DNA of 60,537 nucleotides from Eubacteriales bacterium. GTDB lineage: Bacteria; Bacillota; Clostridia; Oscillospirales; CAG-272. This document shows positions 1-9,263 of this stretch, piece after piece (the first letter of the stretch is position 1; every line of letters begins with the position of its first letter). The stretch covers positions 1-60,537 of the forward strand of contig JBGVMO010000124.1 of the NCBI GenBank assembly GCA_045124835.1. The letters are read 5' to 3'. The position numbers and the translations under genes were made by a program. Under the pieces are notes generated by a model. That model did not search any database. It saw only the letters and a list, made by a program, of their open reading frames with translations, and was not told the DNA's origin.

Positions 1-328
1 CCAAGGCGCCCGTTGAGCCCGTGCTGACGATGCCCGAAACGGTTTCGTCCTCGCGAAGCAGGCGAATGGCCTTCATCATGGAGCTTTCCTTCTTCAAGCG
101 GATGGCGTCCGTCGGCTTTTCGTCACAGCCGATAACGTCGGGCGCGTGCAGGATGGAAAGGCGCTCCTTATCATAGCTCTTGTCGGCAAGATGCGCTTGA
201 ATTTGCGCCTCGTCTCCGCTCAAAATCACGTGAAGGTCGGGGAAGGCCGCGAGGGCCAGAAGCGCACCGTCGATATTGGCGGCAGGACTGTGGTCACCGC
301 CAAAGCAGTCTACGGCAATCTTAATCAT
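1..328 (-). CDS. plsX: phosphate acyltransferase PlsX, N-terminal part (gene runs off left edge)
   Basis: My own reverse-strand translation from ATG 328-326 reads MIKIAVDCFGGDHSPAANIDG...KKESSMMKAIRLLRE...VSTGSTGAL. This matches the PlsX N-terminus pattern (VDxxGGDHxP, SxGxTGAL). The frame stays open to base 1. Confidence 0.85.
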   Translation of the reverse strand, partial: MIKIAVDCFGGDHSPAANIDGALLALAAFPDLHVILSGDEAQIQAHLADKSYDKERLSILHAPDVIGCDEKPTDAIRLKKESSMMKAIRLLREDETVSGIVSTGSTGAL

Positions 329-331
329 AGC

Positions 332-1468
332 TTATTTTTCTTCGCTTTCGTTGAGTTTTTTGATATAGCTGCGGCGGCGCTTGTGCTTCACCTCGACAAA
401 GCGCTTCCATTGATTCTGAATGGAATAGTTTTCCTCAAGGTTGAGGTTGGTCTCTGCATATTCAACGCCCTTGGTTTGCAGCATACGGGAAAGACCCGCG
501 GAAATGATAACACTGATGCCGCGGTTGGCGTATACGGGGTCAACGCCGACGAGTGCCAAATCAATAATAGAGGGATGGTTCAAGGCCCAAAGCAAGCGCA
601 CAATGGCGGCGGGAGTCAAGTGTCCATTCGATTTCTGCACGGCCTTGGCAATGGAGGGGAAGCAAACGCCGAAGGAAACAACCTTGTCCTCCTTGTCCAA
701 AATGACGGCCACGTACTTGGGCTTGATAATCAGCTTGAAGTTGTCAAGCAGCATTTTTTTCATACTGTCGGTCATGGGAACGGTGCCGTACAGGGGCTCG
801 TAGGCGCGGTCAAGAAGCGCAAAGCAATCGTCTGCGTATTTCTTGATGAACTCCGAGGTGGATTTGATGTCGGCCAAATGCAGTCCGTAGCGGTTCATAA
901 CGAAGTTGGCCATCTCCTCAAGCTTTGCACCCTTGTCCTCGGGGGGATAGATGCGGCTTTCCGTCCAGTCAACCTCCTTGACGTAGCCCGCTTTTTCGAG
1001 AAATTCACCGTAGTAGGCGGCGTTGTATTGCTCCTCAAAGGTGGAAAGCTCGTCAAAGCCCTCTATTAAAAGGCCCTCGCGCTCAAGGTCAGAGAAGCCG
1101 AGGGGGCCGCAAACGGTGTCCATCCCGATGCTTCTTGCCCAGCTTTCCACGGCGTCAAAGAGCGCCTTGGCCACCTCGTAATCGTCTATCGAATCAAAGC
1201 GGGTAAAGCGCACGCGGCGCTCGCCCGTTTTTTCGTTGCTCGTCTTTTGCAGAATACCCGAAATTCTGCCGACAACCGTTTCTCCCTTGTAGGCAAGGAA
1301 ATAAACGGCCTCGCAGGTCTCGTAGTATATGTAATCCTTGCGGAAAATCTTTTTTTCATCGCCGTAAAGCGGCGGAACGAAGCAGGGGTTTCCTTTATAT
1401 AAGCGCAAGGGAAATTCTAAGAATTCCTTTTGCTCCTTTTTTGTTTTAACCTCGCGAACCGTAATCAT
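332..1468 (-). CDS. GNAT-fold acyl/acetyl-transferase family protein, specificity unknown
   Basis: 378-aa track ORF. The N-terminus MITVREVKTKKEQKEFLEFPLRLYKGNPCFVPPLYGDEKK is the type I associate with ~380-aa GNAT-family annotations in Clostridia. Its TAA at 332-334 lies 3 nt before the plsX ATG. Confidence 0.55.
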   Translation of the reverse strand: MITVREVKTKKEQKEFLEFPLRLYKGNPCFVPPLYGDEKKIFRKDYIYYETCEAVYFLAYKGETVVGRISGILQKTSNEKTGERRVRFTRFDSIDDYEVAKALFDAVESWARSIGMDTVCGPLGFSDLEREGLLIEGFDELSTFEEQYNAAYYGEFLEKAGYVKEVDWTESRIYPPEDKGAKLEEMANFVMNRYGLHLADIKSTSEFIKKYADDCFALLDRAYEPLYGTVPMTDSMKKMLLDNFKLIIKPKYVAVILDKEDKVVSFGVCFPSIAKAVQKSNGHLTPAAIVRLLWALNHPSIIDLALVGVDPVYANRGISVIISAGLSRMLQTKGVEYAETNLNLEENYSIQNQWKRFVEVKHKRRRSYIKKLNESEEK

Positions 1469-1501
1469 GGTCAGTTCCTTTCCTTATAAAAGTGGGAGGG
1501 C

Positions 1502-2380
1502 TTATCTGTGCTTGGCGTGGAAGGAAATGGCAACACCGTCAGGGCCGCTGTGCGAGCCGAGCGTGGGGTTTACCACCTGCACGAGAATGGGAAGGTCAGC
1601 GCCAAAGCGCTCCTTTATCATAGCAATCAGCTCCTCGATAATGGCAGGGTCGGCGCCCGTATGCCCGAGGACAACGCGGTGCGAGGTCAGCTCGTCGCCA
1701 AGCTCCTCCATCATTGAAAGAAGGCGGTTCATTGCGTTGGCTCTTCCTCTGACCTTGGCAAAGGCCTCAAGCTTGCCCTCGGGGCTCATATAGATAACGG
1801 GGCGAACGCCGAGAAGCGAGCCCATAAAGGCAGAAAGACCGCTCACGCGACCGCTTCTGTGGAAGAATTTGAGATCGTCAACGAAAAGATACATCGCGTA
1901 TTTGTCAATCTCGGTCTCCGCCCAAGCGAAGATTTCCTCAACCGATTTTCCCTCTAAAAAGAGGTCGCCGATGGCAAGGGCGATGTTAAGGCCGTTCGTG
2001 GTGGCGGAGCGTGTGTCAAGCAGATGACAGACTCGTTCGGGATAGCGCTCCTTTAAAACGGCAAGCGCCTTGTTCAAATTGGAAAAGGTTGCGGACATTG
2101 CCTTTGAAAAATGCACGTACAGAATATCGTCGCCCGCCGCAAACACGGGCTCGATGTATTCGATATAGGCCTCGGGTGACAGCGCACTCGTGGTGGGCAG
2201 AACGCCGTTTCGCAGAGAATCGTAAAAGGTCTTTTCGTCAAAGACGTAATCCTCGTCCTTATAGGGATAAACCGTTTCGCCGTCAATGCTGTAAGGCAGG
2301 CTGATAAGGCCGCTGTAACCGTGCTCCTTGGCAAGTGCGGGGGTAACGTCGCAGTCGGTGTCCGTGAACAAACGAATCAT
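1502..2380 (-). CDS. DegV family fatty-acid-binding protein (FakB-type)
   Basis: I trimmed the track ORF to ATG 2380 (MIRLFTDTDCDV...), which sits behind GAAAGGAAAG. The length and the motifs ...LPTTSALSP...LLDTRSATTNG...NPTLGSHSGPDGVAISF are typical of DegV. Confidence 0.85.
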   Translation of the reverse strand: MIRLFTDTDCDVTPALAKEHGYSGLISLPYSIDGETVYPYKDEDYVFDEKTFYDSLRNGVLPTTSALSPEAYIEYIEPVFAAGDDILYVHFSKAMSATFSNLNKALAVLKERYPERVCHLLDTRSATTNGLNIALAIGDLFLEGKSVEEIFAWAETEIDKYAMYLFVDDLKFFHRSGRVSGLSAFMGSLLGVRPVIYMSPEGKLEAFAKVRGRANAMNRLLSMMEELGDELTSHRVVLGHTGADPAIIEELIAMIKERFGADLPILVQVVNPTLGSHSGPDGVAISFHAKHR

Positions 2381-2456
2381 ATGCTTTCCTTTCTTGGTGT
2401 AAGGGGATTGAACTCGTAAGGATTTGAATGAAAATAGCGGCGTATGCCTTTTTGTT

Positions 2457-4118
2457 TTATTCAAAAACAACCATATAGTCGTAAACGGGCTGGCCGCCGT
2501 CGATATAAAAGACCTCGGCGCGCTTGTATTCCTGCTTCAGCTCCGAGAAAAGAGCCTCGGCCTCGGATTTGTCGGCGCTCTCGCCCGCAATGAGAATCAA
2601 TATGTCGCGGCGCTCCGCCTTGACGGCGCGGCAAAGCACGCGCACGGCCTCTTGGGGAGACACCTCCTCGGCGTAAATATGCTTGCCAACGAAGCCGATG
2701 TAATGGCCGCTTTTGACCTCCATACCGTCAAAATGCGCATCCTTGCTGGCCTTGGCAACCGTTCCCGTCAAAACGCCCTCCATAGCAAAGGAAAGCTCTT
2801 CCTCAACCGCGTCGGCATCGGGAAGGGAGGTGTCAAGCATCGAAAGGGCGGCATAGCCCTCGCCGATGGTGTGGCTTTCTATCACGCGCACGTCAGCCTT
2901 GTCGTAAAGCCCTGCGGCCTGACGCGCCGCAAGAACGATATTGCCGTTGTTGGGGAAAACGAAAATATGGTCTGCATCAATTTCGGCAAAGGCGTGCAAA
3001 AAGTCGTCTGCCGAGGGATTCATGCTTTGGCCTCCGCCAACCACAGCGTCAGCGCCCAAATCCAAGAAGCATTGGCGCACGCCCTCTCCTGCCGCCACGG
3101 CCACGGCCGCGTATTTCTTGTGCGGCTTGGTGCGAAGCACGAGAGGCGACTCTTCTGTCTTTTCCTCGGCCTCGTTGTGTTGCAGGGTCATATTTTCGAT
3201 TTTCAAGGTGAGAAATTCGCCAAAGCCCTGCGCGTAGCTCAGCACCTCGCCCGGCGCCTTGGTATGAATATGTAATTTCACGATGGTGTCCGTTTGGAAG
3301 CAGGCGATGGAATCTCCCATTTCGCGCAAGGGGGCAAGGAATGCGTCAACCGAAAAGGCGTCAACGTCAGTCTTTGCGTCCTGCAAGCGAATGAGAACCT
3401 CGGTGCAGTAGCCGTAAAGCAGAGGGGTGTCTCTCTCAAATAGAGAAAAGTCAACGGCGGCGGTCTTGACGGTGGCACCGACCTCGGTCGGCCCTTCAAA
3501 AAGTGTACCGCCGAGCGCCTCGGCCATACCCTCCATAATGTAAAGTAGACCGGCACCGCCGCTGTCTACCACGCCCGATTCCTTCAGAATGGGCAAAAGC
3601 TCGGGCGTGCGCGCAAGAGAGCGGCGCAGCTCCGCGAGAAACACGTCAAAATATGCCCTAACGGAGAGGGGCTCGTTCAGCGCCGCGTCTGCCTTGGCGG
3701 CCGCGTCCTTGAAAACGGTCAGAATCGTGCCCTCCACGGGGGTGTCTACTGCACCGTAGGCAAAAGCAACGCCTCTTTGCATGGCATTGTTCAAGGCGCC
3801 AACGTCAACCGTCTTGGCGCCTCTGAGCCCGTCGGCAATGCCCGCGAAAATCTGGGAAAGGATAACGCCCGAATTGCCTCTGGCGCCAATCAGCATGCCC
3901 TTGGCAACGATGGCGGCAATCTCCGAAATGCTCTCGCCCGAAAGCCCCGGGCGACAGCCGCTTGCCAGCGTCATATACATATTGTCTCCCGTATCGCCGT
4001 CGGGAATGGGAAAGACGTTCAAATCATTGACCGCTTCCTTGTTCTTTTCGAGCTTGGAAAGCCCACCGTACAGCATGGAGACGAACAGCTCTTCGTTTAA
4101 AATTAAAGTATCTTCCAT
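2457..4118 (-). CDS. fakA: DAK2-domain protein, YloV/FakA-type fatty acid kinase subunit
   Basis: Start trimmed to ATG 4118 (MEDTLILNEELF...) behind AAAGGAA. It has the DhaL/Dak2 motif PIPDGDTGDNM and GARGNSG. The ~550-aa size and a DegV gene immediately downstream also fit. Confidence 0.8.
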   Translation of the reverse strand: MEDTLILNEELFVSMLYGGLSKLEKNKEAVNDLNVFPIPDGDTGDNMYMTLASGCRPGLSGESISEIAAIVAKGMLIGARGNSGVILSQIFAGIADGLRGAKTVDVGALNNAMQRGVAFAYGAVDTPVEGTILTVFKDAAAKADAALNEPLSVRAYFDVFLAELRRSLARTPELLPILKESGVVDSGGAGLLYIMEGMAEALGGTLFEGPTEVGATVKTAAVDFSLFERDTPLLYGYCTEVLIRLQDAKTDVDAFSVDAFLAPLREMGDSIACFQTDTIVKLHIHTKAPGEVLSYAQGFGEFLTLKIENMTLQHNEAEEKTEESPLVLRTKPHKKYAAVAVAAGEGVRQCFLDLGADAVVGGGQSMNPSADDFLHAFAEIDADHIFVFPNNGNIVLAARQAAGLYDKADVRVIESHTIGEGYAALSMLDTSLPDADAVEEELSFAMEGVLTGTVAKASKDAHFDGMEVKSGHYIGFVGKHIYAEEVSPQEAVRVLCRAVKAERRDILILIAGESADKSEAEALFSELKQEYKRAEVFYIDGGQPVYDYMVVFE

Positions 4119-4310
4119 TTTGCATTCCTTTGTGTCATCCGTCCTCGTCCTCGTTGCCAATTCCTCGGGTCTGCGATATAGGACGGTTTGTCAAAAAGAG
4201 GTGCGAGGCACCCCGAAAAAAGCAAATGCGTCTTGACTTTTTTCGCACACGTATATTATAATAGGAATGGACTGAAAAATGAATGGGCAACTTTTTCGCA
4301 TTCTGTGGCT

Positions 4311-4342
4311 TTTTACACAAAAAGGATTAAATTTGTGTAAAA
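4311..4342. promoter_or_regulatory. 11-bp perfect inverted repeat (ttttacacaaa N10 tttgtgtaaaa), candidate operator
   Basis: Read directly from the sequence. It lies in the 323-bp divergent region between the fakA-like and TetR genes, ~100 bp upstream of the TetR ATG. Confidence 0.3.
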
Positions 4343-4441
4343 TCAAGTGCGCAAAAAAAGAAGAATATAGGTAAAATTGTCACATTCTTCCATGTTTGAG
4401 GCAAAAACGATAATAAGCCTGAGGAAAGGACGCTTTTCAAC

Positions 4442-5020
4442 ATGCAGGAAAAAAAGGATAGGCGAACGGTCAAAACCAAAAAAGCCATTCACGTGGCGCT
4501 TGCCTCCTTGATGGCGGAAAGAAGCATTGACGATATAACCATCAGCGAGATAGCCAAGCGCGCGGATATCAACCGCAAAACCTTTTACAACTATTACGGG
4601 GGCATTCATATGCTTCTTGGCGAGATAGAGGAGAGCATTCTTGCGGATTTTCGCGACGCACTTTCGGGCGTTGCCTTTGCAAGTCCGCGCCAGATGGCGC
4701 GCGATTCCTTCAATCGCCTACACTCCGTTTTGAGCAAGAATCTCAATTTTTACAGATTTCTTCTGCTGTCGGATAAAAACTCCTATTTCAGCGCGCGCAT
4801 TTCCGCCTCACTTTGCACGATGATAAAGGAAATGATGCAGGCGCATACGGGGGTGGACGACGCTAAGGTGGAGGTTATCATTCAGTACACCCTTGCGGGC
4901 ATCTTTGCGGGCTACCGCTTTTGGTTCTCCTCGGACAAGCGCACGAGCGCAGAGTCGCTCTTTACGATGATAGAGCAGCTGTGCTTCAACGGCGCCAATT
5001 CCTTTTTCCCCGAGGCGTAG
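4442..5020 (+). CDS. TetR/AcrR family transcriptional regulator
   Basis: N-terminal HTH TVKTKKAIHVALASLMAERSIDDITISEIAKRADINRKTFYNYY. 192 aa. Confidence 0.85.
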   Translation: MQEKKDRRTVKTKKAIHVALASLMAERSIDDITISEIAKRADINRKTFYNYYGGIHMLLGEIEESILADFRDALSGVAFASPRQMARDSFNRLHSVLSKNLNFYRFLLLSDKNSYFSARISASLCTMIKEMMQAHTGVDDAKVEVIIQYTLAGIFAGYRFWFSSDKRTSAESLFTMIEQLCFNGANSFFPEA

Positions 5021-5051
5021 CGCGTTTTTTGTAAAAAAACCGCCTGCTTTA

Positions 5052-5080
5052 TTGACTTTTGAATACCCGTTATGTATAAT
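5052..5080 (+). promoter_or_regulatory. sigma-A type promoter (TTGACT-17-TATAAT)
   Basis: TTGACT at 5052-5057 and TATAAT at 5075-5080 with a 17-bp spacer, upstream of the 5163 gene. Confidence 0.55.
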
Positions 5081-5162
5081 GAAATTAACGCGGCGATGCT
5101 TGCCGTGCTGTCGTTCTGTATGAAAAAACGGGAGGCTTCCCGTTATCTTGGAGGTATAAACT

Positions 5163-7007
5163 GTGTTTACCGCTTGCTTAATATTGGCGCTTTCTCTTTT
5201 TGCTGCGTTTAGCGTCGGTGCCCTTGTGTTATCTAAAATACCCTACAAAAGCGGAAGAGTTTTAAAGCCCTTTTACGTCTTTTTTGCGGGCGTGCTTCTT
5301 TCGGCCTTGGTGATGTTTTTCCCGATTTACAGGGAAATCTTTTCGGAGGGCGCTGTGCGTCCGCTTGAAATTGTCGCTATGTCCTTACATAACACCTTCC
5401 GTCTGTTTATTATGGACGGCGAATTCAATATTGTGACGGAGCATATGACGGCGCTTTCCGAGGTTGCCGCGCAGATATACGCGGGCTTCTTCGCGGTGCT
5501 TTACGTTTTAGCCCCCATTCTTACCTTCGGCGTTGTGCTTTCCTTCTTTAAGAGCGCCGCCTCGTACAGAAGATATTTCTTTTCCTTTTTCCGAGACGTG
5601 TACGTCTTTTCGGAGCTGAATGCCAAATCCTTTGCCTTGGCCAAGAGCCTGAAGGCGCACAACAAGCGCCGCGTTATCGTTTTTTGCGACGTCTTTGAGC
5701 AGAACGAGGAGGAGTCCTTCGAGCTGCTTGAAAAGGCCAAGGAGATTGACGCTATCACCTTCAAAAAGGATATATCGACCGTTGATTTCCGCATCCATTC
5801 CAAAAAGCATCTCTTGGCCTTCCTGACCATCGGAGACGGGGATTCGGAGAACATCAAGCAAGCCATGGAGCTTGTTGAGCGGTACGGAGAAAGAGAAAGA
5901 GCGGAGCTATACGTCTTTTCAAGAACGGTGGGAAGCGAGCTGATGCTTTCCAAGGCCTCCAGCAAGAAAATCAAGGTGCGCCGCATCAACGATGCGCGCT
6001 CGCTCGTTCTGAATCTTCTTTACGAGGGTGGAGACAAGATTTTCAGCTCTGCCTTGACGAAGTACGAGGACGTTAAATATTTCCGCAATTACAAGACGGG
6101 CAAGGAAGAGCCCAAGAAATGCGTTTCCGCCGTGGTTGTCGGTATGGGCCTTTACGGCAGAGAAATGATGAAGGCGCTGACATGGTTCTGTCAGATGGAG
6201 GGCTTCACCTTCCGCCTGCACGGCTTTGAGCGCGATAAGAACGCCGGGGCGCGCTTCGCCTCGGAATGCCCCGAGCTGATGATGGAGAAATACAACAGGC
6301 AAATGGATGACGTCAACGATGCCCAGTACGACATCACCGTTCACGACGGCATCGAAATCCTGTCGGATGCCTTCTTCAACGAGCTGAAAACCATTAAGGA
6401 TATTTCCTACGTCTTTATTTCCCTTGGTGACGATGATACCAATATCCGCATTGCCGTTGCCGTGCGCGCCGCGCTTCGCCGTATGGCGATGGAGGACGGC
6501 CGCGAGGACACGGCTATCGTGGAAACGGTTGTGTATGATGAGAACAAGAACAAGTCGCTCAACGGGGTGTTCGATTTCTCGGGAACGACCTACGATATCA
6601 ACTTCGTCGGCAGCCTGCCCGACTATTACTCCGAGGGCGTGCTTCTCAACTCCGACTTGGAGAAGAAGGCGCTGGAGCGCCATATGATGTGGGGCGGCGG
6701 CGAAGAGGCTATCCGCAAATTCTGGGCGTACGAGTACAATTACCGCTCCTCTATGGCCTCGGTTATGCACCGCAAGCATAAGCTGCTTATTCCCTTGATG
6801 AAGGAAATCATCGAGATTCCCAAGGACAAGAGAACAGAGGAGGAGGCCTACGTGCTTCGCACCGTAGAGCATCGCCGCTGGAATGCCTATATGAGAACGG
6901 AGGGCTGGAGCTACGGCCCCGTCCGCAACAACCTTGCCAAGCTGCACCATTGTTTGCGTCCCTTTAAGGAGCTTCCGCCTGAGGAGCAGATAAAGGACGA
7001 CGATTAA
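5163..7007 (+). CDS. membrane protein with tandem Rossmann-like (TrkA-N-like) regions and C-terminal RyR domain
   Basis: GTG start 9 nt after GGAGG. Three hydrophobic N-terminal helices are followed by RRVIVFCDVF and SAVVVGMGLYGREMM (GxGxxG). The C-terminus EHRRWNAYMRTEGWSYGP...LHHCLRPFKELPPEEQIKDDD fits the RyR repeat as I recall it. Confidence 0.6.
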   Translation: MFTACLILALSLFAAFSVGALVLSKIPYKSGRVLKPFYVFFAGVLLSALVMFFPIYREIFSEGAVRPLEIVAMSLHNTFRLFIMDGEFNIVTEHMTALSEVAAQIYAGFFAVLYVLAPILTFGVVLSFFKSAASYRRYFFSFFRDVYVFSELNAKSFALAKSLKAHNKRRVIVFCDVFEQNEEESFELLEKAKEIDAITFKKDISTVDFRIHSKKHLLAFLTIGDGDSENIKQAMELVERYGERERAELYVFSRTVGSELMLSKASSKKIKVRRINDARSLVLNLLYEGGDKIFSSALTKYEDVKYFRNYKTGKEEPKKCVSAVVVGMGLYGREMMKALTWFCQMEGFTFRLHGFERDKNAGARFASECPELMMEKYNRQMDDVNDAQYDITVHDGIEILSDAFFNELKTIKDISYVFISLGDDDTNIRIAVAVRAALRRMAMEDGREDTAIVETVVYDENKNKSLNGVFDFSGTTYDINFVGSLPDYYSEGVLLNSDLEKKALERHMMWGGGEEAIRKFWAYEYNYRSSMASVMHRKHKLLIPLMKEIIEIPKDKRTEEEAYVLRTVEHRRWNAYMRTEGWSYGPVRNNLAKLHHCLRPFKELPPEEQIKDDD

Positions 7008-7029
7008 TACCGGAGGGGGATTTACGTTT

Positions 7030-9177
7030 ATGGAAAGCAACATCATTCTTGAAAATGATAGCTTTATTCTGACGGTAGGAGAGGATTGTATTGCCAAGAG
7101 CCTCATCTGCAAGGCAACGGGCGAGGAGTGCCTGATGCAAGGCAAGCATATCTCTCTTTTCTCCGTCACCCAGCCGCGCCCCTTTAACAACGAGGTAAAG
7201 CTGGCACACCCCAACAAGAGAACCACCTTCCAGGGCAACCGACTGCGCAAGGAGGGCGACAAGCTGATAGTCGGCTTTGAGATAACGCCCTTCGAGGTCG
7301 AGGTGACGGTGAAAATCACCAAGACCTACATGGTTTTCACCCTGTCTGATTTTATCGTTGGCGAGAAGGACTACGAGGGCTTGGCGATGACGCCGCCTCC
7401 CGTTGCCGAGTTCCGTCTTTTGCAGCTGCCCGTTCGCAACAGAGAGCGCTTCGGCGAATGGCTCAACGTGTTTTTTGACGATAAGACGGCCGTCAACGTC
7501 ATTGCCAACAACCCCTATCCCCGTATTGATTCCGAGCGCCGCGACGGCTACCGTTTGATGACGGCAGACGCCGTAAAGGGCGTTCGCCTGAAGGGCTGTG
7601 AGGCCGCACTCATCGTGTCGCCGACGGAAAAGCTTTTGGACGTTATCGACACCTTGGAGGAGGATTATGACCTGCCTCGCGGCGTTAAGAGCCGCCGCGG
7701 CGAGCATATCAACGCCTCGGCCATGTGGGCAACCAATCTGACCCCCAAAACGATAGACGAGTATCTGGCCTATGCCAAGATGGGCGGCTTCCGCCATATT
7801 CTGCTGTATTTCCCCTGCATCTTCAAGGCATACGGATATACCTATTGCGGTGACTACGATTTCCGTGACGAATATCCGAACGGCATTGAGGACGTTAAGA
7901 AAATGCTGGATAGATTAAAGGCAGAGGGCATCACCCCCGGTCTGCACTTCCTGCAAACCCATATCGGTATCAACAGCCGCTACGTGACGCCGCGCGTTGA
8001 CCCCCGTATCAACAAAACGAGACTTTTCACGCTCGCCAAGGATATTGGAACGGAGGACGATGAGATTTTCGTTCTGCAAAGCCCTGAGGACACGGTGATG
8101 CACGAGAAGTGCCGCATCCTTTGCTTTGACGGCGAGGCCATTTATTACGAGGGCTACACCACCGAGCCGCCCTACCGCTTCTACGGCTGTAAGAGAGGCC
8201 ATTACAAGACGGAAATCACCGCCCACAAGGCAGGCTGTGTTGGTGGCATTCTCGACGTCAGCGAGTTCGGTGGCGCCAGCCTGTATCTTGACCAGCAAAC
8301 CGATTTGCAGGACGAGGTGGCCAAGAAGCTCGCCCTTGCCTACAACGCAGGCTTTGAGTTTATCTATTTTGACGGCTCCGAGGGCACGAATGAGCCCTTC
8401 GATTTCTACGTGCCCTTCGCGCAGTACCGCGTTTTGCGCCAGCTTGACCGTGAGCCCCTCTTTACCGAGGGCGCGGCAAAGGCGCATTTCAGCTGGCACT
8501 TCTTGAGCGGTGGCAACGCCTTTGACGTTTTCCCTGCCAACGTGTTCAAGGAAAAAATTGCCGAATTTCCTGCCGAGGAAGCGCCCCGTATGCGCAATGA
8601 CTTTACCCGTCTGAACTTTGGCTGGTGGGGCTACTTCCAGGATACCCAGCCCGATATGTACGAGTACGGAACCAGCCGCGCGGCCGCTTGGGATTCTCCC
8701 GTTACGGTTATCAGCAATATGGACGTATACAAGAGCAATCCTCGCACGGCCGATAACTTTGAGGTTCTTCGTCGCTGGGAGGAGGCAAGAAAAACGGGCT
8801 TCTTGACCGAGGCAATGAAGGAAGAGCTGAAAAAGCTCGACAAGGAGCATATTCTTCTGATTGACGAGGAGGGTGCGCTTGAGCTTGCCGAATACGAGGC
8901 GCTTGCCGTGGGCGATGAAAAAATCTCCGCCTTCGTCTTTGAAAGAAAGGGCAAGACCTACGCGGTGCTTTGGCACAAAACGGGAGAGGGCAAGCTTTGC
9001 CTGCCTCTTTCTGCCGAGGGCCTTTGCTACGAAAGCGCGCTTGGCAAGGCCGACCTTGCCGCCGAGAAAACGGAAAACGGCGTTTTGCTTGCCGCTGCCG
9101 GTCGCCGCTATCTCTCGGGCGACTTCTCGAAGGAGCAGCTTGCCGCGGCCTTTGCCAAGGCAACCGTATCCGAATAA
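7030..9177 (+). CDS. 715-aa conserved hypothetical protein, possibly glycoside-hydrolase-like TIM barrel (function unknown)
   Basis: Long ORF with GGAGGGGG upstream and coherent coding composition. It has no signal peptide. I recognise no catalytic motif with confidence, so the function call is weak. Confidence 0.55.
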   Translation: MESNIILENDSFILTVGEDCIAKSLICKATGEECLMQGKHISLFSVTQPRPFNNEVKLAHPNKRTTFQGNRLRKEGDKLIVGFEITPFEVEVTVKITKTYMVFTLSDFIVGEKDYEGLAMTPPPVAEFRLLQLPVRNRERFGEWLNVFFDDKTAVNVIANNPYPRIDSERRDGYRLMTADAVKGVRLKGCEAALIVSPTEKLLDVIDTLEEDYDLPRGVKSRRGEHINASAMWATNLTPKTIDEYLAYAKMGGFRHILLYFPCIFKAYGYTYCGDYDFRDEYPNGIEDVKKMLDRLKAEGITPGLHFLQTHIGINSRYVTPRVDPRINKTRLFTLAKDIGTEDDEIFVLQSPEDTVMHEKCRILCFDGEAIYYEGYTTEPPYRFYGCKRGHYKTEITAHKAGCVGGILDVSEFGGASLYLDQQTDLQDEVAKKLALAYNAGFEFIYFDGSEGTNEPFDFYVPFAQYRVLRQLDREPLFTEGAAKAHFSWHFLSGGNAFDVFPANVFKEKIAEFPAEEAPRMRNDFTRLNFGWWGYFQDTQPDMYEYGTSRAAAWDSPVTVISNMDVYKSNPRTADNFEVLRRWEEARKTGFLTEAMKEELKKLDKEHILLIDEEGALELAEYEALAVGDEKISAFVFERKGKTYAVLWHKTGEGKLCLPLSAEGLCYESALGKADLAAEKTENGVLLAAAGRRYLSGDFSKEQLAAAFAKATVSE

Positions 9178-9225
9178 TTTGCCCAAAAGGGTCGCGACAC
9201 TGTCGCGGAATCATACCAAAAATGT

Positions 9226-9257
9226 AAAAGGACAGAGAATTTTCTCTGTCCTTTTTT
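9226..9257. terminator. bidirectional intrinsic terminator
   Basis: aaaa-GGACAGAG-aatttt-CTCTGTCC-tttttt, between the convergent genes ending at 9177 (+) and 9264 (-). Confidence 0.7.
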
Positions 9258-9263
9258 GCATAT

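Noticed and set aside
146-1069. 307-aa plus-strand ORF
   Set aside because: It is antisense to the GNAT-fold gene and the plsX start. Its composition is antisense-like and it has no RBS.
5120-5212. 30-aa ORF (MKKREASRYLGG...) overlapping the start of the RyR-domain gene
   Set aside because: It has no RBS, is out of frame with the downstream gene, and overlaps a small hairpin at 5128-5143. It is probably just leader sequence.
5919-7797. 467-aa and 277-aa minus-strand ORFs (5919-7322 and 6964-7797)
   Set aside because: They are antisense to the RyR-domain gene and the 715-aa gene and cross the boundary between them. Their composition is low-complexity (Leu/Val/Gly/His).
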